Source of the DNA: Bacteroidia bacterium
GTDB taxonomy: Bacteria; Bacteroidota; Bacteroidia; NS11-12g; UBA9320
Assembly: GCA_965216465.1 (NCBI GenBank)
Contig: CBDCFW010000005.1
Location: 416,001-480,000 of the forward strand
Length of the DNA: 64,000 bases
Reading direction: 5' to 3'
Made by a program: the position numbers and the translations under genes. Shown in pieces: positions 60,525-64,000 of this stretch. The notes under the pieces were generated by a model that was not told where the DNA came from, did no database searches, and worked only from the letters and a program-made list of their open reading frames with translations. Numbering within the stretch: position 1 is the first letter of the stretch; each line of letters starts with the position of its first letter.

Positions 60525-62186
60525 TTACATTTTTCTATTTCCAACCCAAACAAATCTTCGGTTAATATACTCTGGATTTGTAAAGGATGCGTTTCCTGCT
60601 GGATTACCCCCAGTAACATGAAAATCAGAAAATGCAGCATGTTGATTAACAAAGGCCGCACCGCCCAAATTGAACGAAACTGGAGTAAACGCAGCATTCA
60701 TTTCTTCTTCAATAAATTCTTGGGTATTTTCATCTGTACTAAACGCCAAACAAGTAATTGCTCCTTTGGTTCTTGCAAGATTTGATGCTAGTTCTACTGA
60801 CTGTTGAGTATTTTTCGTTTTGATTAAGAACAACACTGGCCCAAAGCACTCATTGCTAAACGTTTCTATGTTATCAGCAGTCATTTTCACTACTGTTGGA
60901 CTTGCTATTCTTGCATTTCCGAACTCTTCGTTTACTACGGTTTGTGGTTCTAAAACAATTTCTCCACCAAAATTTCCTTGATCAGCAATTCGTTTAATGG
61001 TACCATCGTTTTGAATGCCACCTAATGTTCCTGCTCCCATTTTTGGGTGACCAACTAAACCGCCAATAGATTTTGCAATCGCATCTGCAATTTCGTCGTA
61101 AGTCACTTTGCCTTCTGGAGTATTCACTTCTTCAGCAATGAATATATTTTGAGGTGCAGTACACATCTGACCGCTATACAAGCTAGCAGAAAAACCAATG
61201 TTTTGCGCTACTCCTTTAACATCTGTAACGGAGTCAACAATAACAGAGTTTACACCCGCTTTTTCAGTAAATGTTGCTTTGTTTAAAGTCTCGATATAAT
61301 CTCCAAAGGCATTTCCTCCGGTGTAATCAATCAGTTTAACATCATCATGCTCAGCTAAATCTTTTGTAATTGGTTTAGACAAAGAATCAGCTGCTAACTG
61401 TACAACGTTTGCATCAAATCCATTTTCTGCTAATACTTTTCTAAGCTCAGAAGCAAATATTGCGATAGCAAGAATTGATTTTGGATGAGGTTTGATTATG
61501 GCTGTGTTTCCACAAATTAGATTTGCGTACAATCCAGGTACTGTATTCCAAGTAGGGAATGTAGAACAACCAATTACCAACCCGATTCCTTTTGGGATTG
61601 CCTTCCAAGTTTTGTTCAATACTAGATCAAACTTACCCATAGGTTTGGTCCAAACTTGCTCATTAGGAAAACGAGTTAACTCCTGAACTCCCATTGCAAT
61701 TGCTTCAAGAGAACGGTCATTCGCGTGTGGTCCACTTGCTTGAAAACTCATCATAAAACTTTGACCTGTTGTATGCATGGTAGCATAAGCCAGCTCAAAA
61801 AATCTCGCCTTTACACGCTCTAAACTTTCAACTAAAATTCCTGCTCTATCTTGAACGGAAGCTTTCGCCCAAGCTTTGGCCGAATTTTGGCTGTTAACAA
61901 TGTACTGATCTACAGATATACTTGGATAGTGTATTCCCAATCCTTGCTGCCAAAATGGAGAAACTTCTTCACCCACCCACTCGGTAGCTTCTTGATTTAA
62001 CTCTTCGTAATTGTTATTTAGCAATCTTCCAAACGCTTCTTTTCCTTTTGCGTTTTCATCTTCAGCATATGCTTTAGGATGTTCTGGGTAAGGAGTATAG
62101 AAGTCGCGTTTTGCTAATGCTGCTGTAGCGTCGTTAATCAATTGCTCGTGCTTGTTGTACAAGTTATTTGTGTTTTCTGCTGACAT
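60525..62186 (-). CDS. paaN: Phenylacetic acid degradation protein PaaN (aldehyde dehydrogenase superfamily)
   Basis: HTTGQ.FMM.FQA.GPHA.DR; IGCSTFPTWN; EKAGVN; LYSGQMCT.PQ; FSDFH.TG.NPA.NAS. Confidence 0.85.
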   Translation of the reverse strand: MSAENTNNLYNKHEQLINDATAALAKRDFYTPYPEHPKAYAEDENAKGKEAFGRLLNNNYEELNQEATEWVGEEVSPFWQQGLGIHYPSISVDQYIVNSQNSAKAWAKASVQDRAGILVESLERVKARFFELAYATMHTTGQSFMMSFQASGPHANDRSLEAIAMGVQELTRFPNEQVWTKPMGKFDLVLNKTWKAIPKGIGLVIGCSTFPTWNTVPGLYANLICGNTAIIKPHPKSILAIAIFASELRKVLAENGFDANVVQLAADSLSKPITKDLAEHDDVKLIDYTGGNAFGDYIETLNKATFTEKAGVNSVIVDSVTDVKGVAQNIGFSASLYSGQMCTAPQNIFIAEEVNTPEGKVTYDEIADAIAKSIGGLVGHPKMGAGTLGGIQNDGTIKRIADQGNFGGEIVLEPQTVVNEEFGNARIASPTVVKMTADNIETFSNECFGPVLFLIKTKNTQQSVELASNLARTKGAITCLAFSTDENTQEFIEEEMNAAFTPVSFNLGGAAFVNQHAAFSDFHVTGGNPAGNASFTNPEYINRRFVWVGNRKM

Positions 62187-62262
62187 ATGCTTAGTTAAGT
62201 AATAATGCGTTCAATTTTAACAATGCGAAGATAGACTTTCTTCGCTCATATAATGTGTAACC

Positions 62263-63390
62263 TTATTCTGTAGAAATGGTTTTTGCTTTGTGTTGTTTAG
62301 TGAAGAAATAAATTCCCAATCCTCCTAAAATGATAAATACGACTGAAATAATCTCTGCCTGAGTTATTTCCATACCAAACAAGTTATATTTACTATTGAC
62401 TCTGATTTTTTCAATTAAAAATCGTTCTACTCCAGAAAAAATTAAGTAAAAAGAAAACAACACTCCCGGAGCAGCAATTCGCTTTCGTATGCTCCAAAGT
62501 ATTCCAAAAAGGATAAATGCCATTACCACTTCGTACAATGGAGTAGGCCAAACCGGATCTTCAAGCACTTTGCCAAGTACATTATTTGGATAATCGTATG
62601 CCCACGCCCAATCGGGTAACCAACTTAACCACTCAGGTTTATCTGATAAATTTTTAACTCCCCAATCTCCATCTCCGCTGGTATGACAACCGAGACGACC
62701 TATACCATAAGATAGCATCATCGCTGGCCCACCGATGTCTAACATGGTCTTCCACTTAATGCCATTTTTGCCAGCATACCATAACACCGCTATCGCACCA
62801 AAAACCAATCCTCCGAAATAGGTTAATCCACTAAACGGATCTTTTAGAGCTCCGATAGGGTCGGAAATAAAATCTTCCCAATATTCAAGGTGATGAAATA
62901 ACTTGGCTCCTACAAAACCAGCAACTGCAGCAATCAAGGTTATGTTGCCCATTATTTGATAAGGATGAACTTCCGTCATTTTTCCTTCTTCAATTTCTGG
63001 AGTATTCTTAAGTTGATAATATTTGTATCCTACAGAAGCTAAAATTCCAGCCACTCCGAACAACATTGATCCTTTTGTGCTCAGGAGAAATCCTTGTGGA
63101 TCGTCAGCAATCTCAGCAAAGTTGAAGACCATGTAAACGATCTTGAACCCAATTAAGAACCCTACAATTGTACTGATTGCATATTCTGTATAAGGGTTTG
63201 GAGCTTTGAGTGCTTGTTTAATTTTAGCTACCTGTCCCAATGCTTCTCTTCTTTTGAACTCAGAGGTTATTGCCCAAATAGCAGCTAAAAATCCGATAGC
63301 CACAAAGAAGCCGAACATCATAACTATTTTAAAGGCCGGAATGTCAAGCCCAAAAATGTCTTTAATGGCATGGTATAAAGTTGGATACAT
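62263..63390 (-). CDS. Prolipoprotein diacylglyceryl transferase family protein, long divergent paralog
   Basis: MYPTL start; GLTYFGG; GRLGCHTSGDGDWG; PTPLYE; ERFLIEKIRVN. Confidence 0.8.
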   Translation of the reverse strand: MYPTLYHAIKDIFGLDIPAFKIVMMFGFFVAIGFLAAIWAITSEFKRREALGQVAKIKQALKAPNPYTEYAISTIVGFLIGFKIVYMVFNFAEIADDPQGFLLSTKGSMLFGVAGILASVGYKYYQLKNTPEIEEGKMTEVHPYQIMGNITLIAAVAGFVGAKLFHHLEYWEDFISDPIGALKDPFSGLTYFGGLVFGAIAVLWYAGKNGIKWKTMLDIGGPAMMLSYGIGRLGCHTSGDGDWGVKNLSDKPEWLSWLPDWAWAYDYPNNVLGKVLEDPVWPTPLYEVVMAFILFGILWSIRKRIAAPGVLFSFYLIFSGVERFLIEKIRVNSKYNLFGMEITQAEIISVVFIILGGLGIYFFTKQHKAKTISTE

Positions 63391-63485
63391 AACGTAAAGT
63401 TCCGCGAATAACGGCAATGAATATCAAATGATAAAGAATTGTGATTGGTAGATGTTAAAATTAGCCAATCCCTCGACAGAAAGAC

Positions 63486-64000
63486 TTATTGAATATGTGT
63501 TTTTAGAAAGCTTTTAGCAAGTCCTGTCTCCGTAAACTCGTCAAAAGAAAGTGCCTCAACGGTGTTCACCTTTGATGCATCGTATGGAGCCTCGAAGCGA
63601 ATGTAGTTAGCAGAAAATCCTTGCATCATTTCATCGTTTTGCTTCTCTTCCTCCCAAAGCACATTCATTGGCTTTCCGAGTTGTGACTCGTAAAAATGTC
63701 TTTTCTTCTTTGCCGAAAGGTTCCTTAAACGTTGTGCTCGATCAGTTTTTACAGCTTTTGTCACCTTGTTCGGCATCTTCTTAGCTGTGGTATTGTTTCG
63801 CTCAGAATATGGAAAAACATGCAAGTAGCTAACATCAAGGCTATGTATAAAATCAAAAGTCTTCATAAAGCTCTCTTCACTTTCCCCTGGGAAACCAACA
63901 ATAACATCAACCCCAATACAGCAATCTGGCATTCTCTTTTTGATGCGTTCAATTCGATCAACGTACAAATCTGACAAATACTTGCGTCGCATTTTTTTTA
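63486..64000 (-). CDS. mtaB: tRNA threonylcarbamoyladenosine methylthiotransferase, C-terminal part (gene continues beyond the window)
   Basis: KKMRRKY; CIGVDVIVGFPGE; YLHVFPYSER..T.A; G...NY. Confidence 0.88.
   Translation of the reverse strand, partial: KKMRRKYLSDLYVDRIERIKKRMPDCCIGVDVIVGFPGESEESFMKTFDFIHSLDVSYLHVFPYSERNNTTAKKMPNKVTKAVKTDRAQRLRNLSAKKKRHFYESQLGKPMNVLWEEEKQNDEMMQGFSANYIRFEAPYDASKVNTVEALSFDEFTETGLAKSFLKTHIQ

Noticed and set aside
63991-64000. Possible frameshift at the T8 run at the window edge in mtaB
   Set aside because: It reads in frame as (x)TA AAA AAA ATG; the gene is simply truncated by the window

Overview
AT-rich, densely coded chromosomal window from a Bacteroidota bacterium (TAnnTTTG-type -7 promoters, T9SS cargo, GldM, SprE, atpBEFHAG without atpDC, mevalonate genes). 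It is mostly housekeeping and cell-envelope genes. I found no tRNA, rRNA, CRISPR array, transposase or integrase. The most notable signal is a candidate regulatory system at 5486-9341: a beta-propeller LytS-type sensor kinase and LytTR regulator are followed directly by a canonical LytTR direct-repeat box, a -7 promoter element and a ~150-nt structured, terminator-ended candidate sRNA that displays UAACCCC in two 9-nt hairpin loops (plus a third AAACCCCC). Other notable features are a 44-bp duplication of the mvaA 3' end flanking a two-gene beta-barrel insertion, a +1 homopolymer frameshift in sprE/porW, an orphan gldM, a tandem pseudo-caspase/caspase protein, two non-canonical Lgt paralogs, and many apparently leaderless or very short-leader genes.
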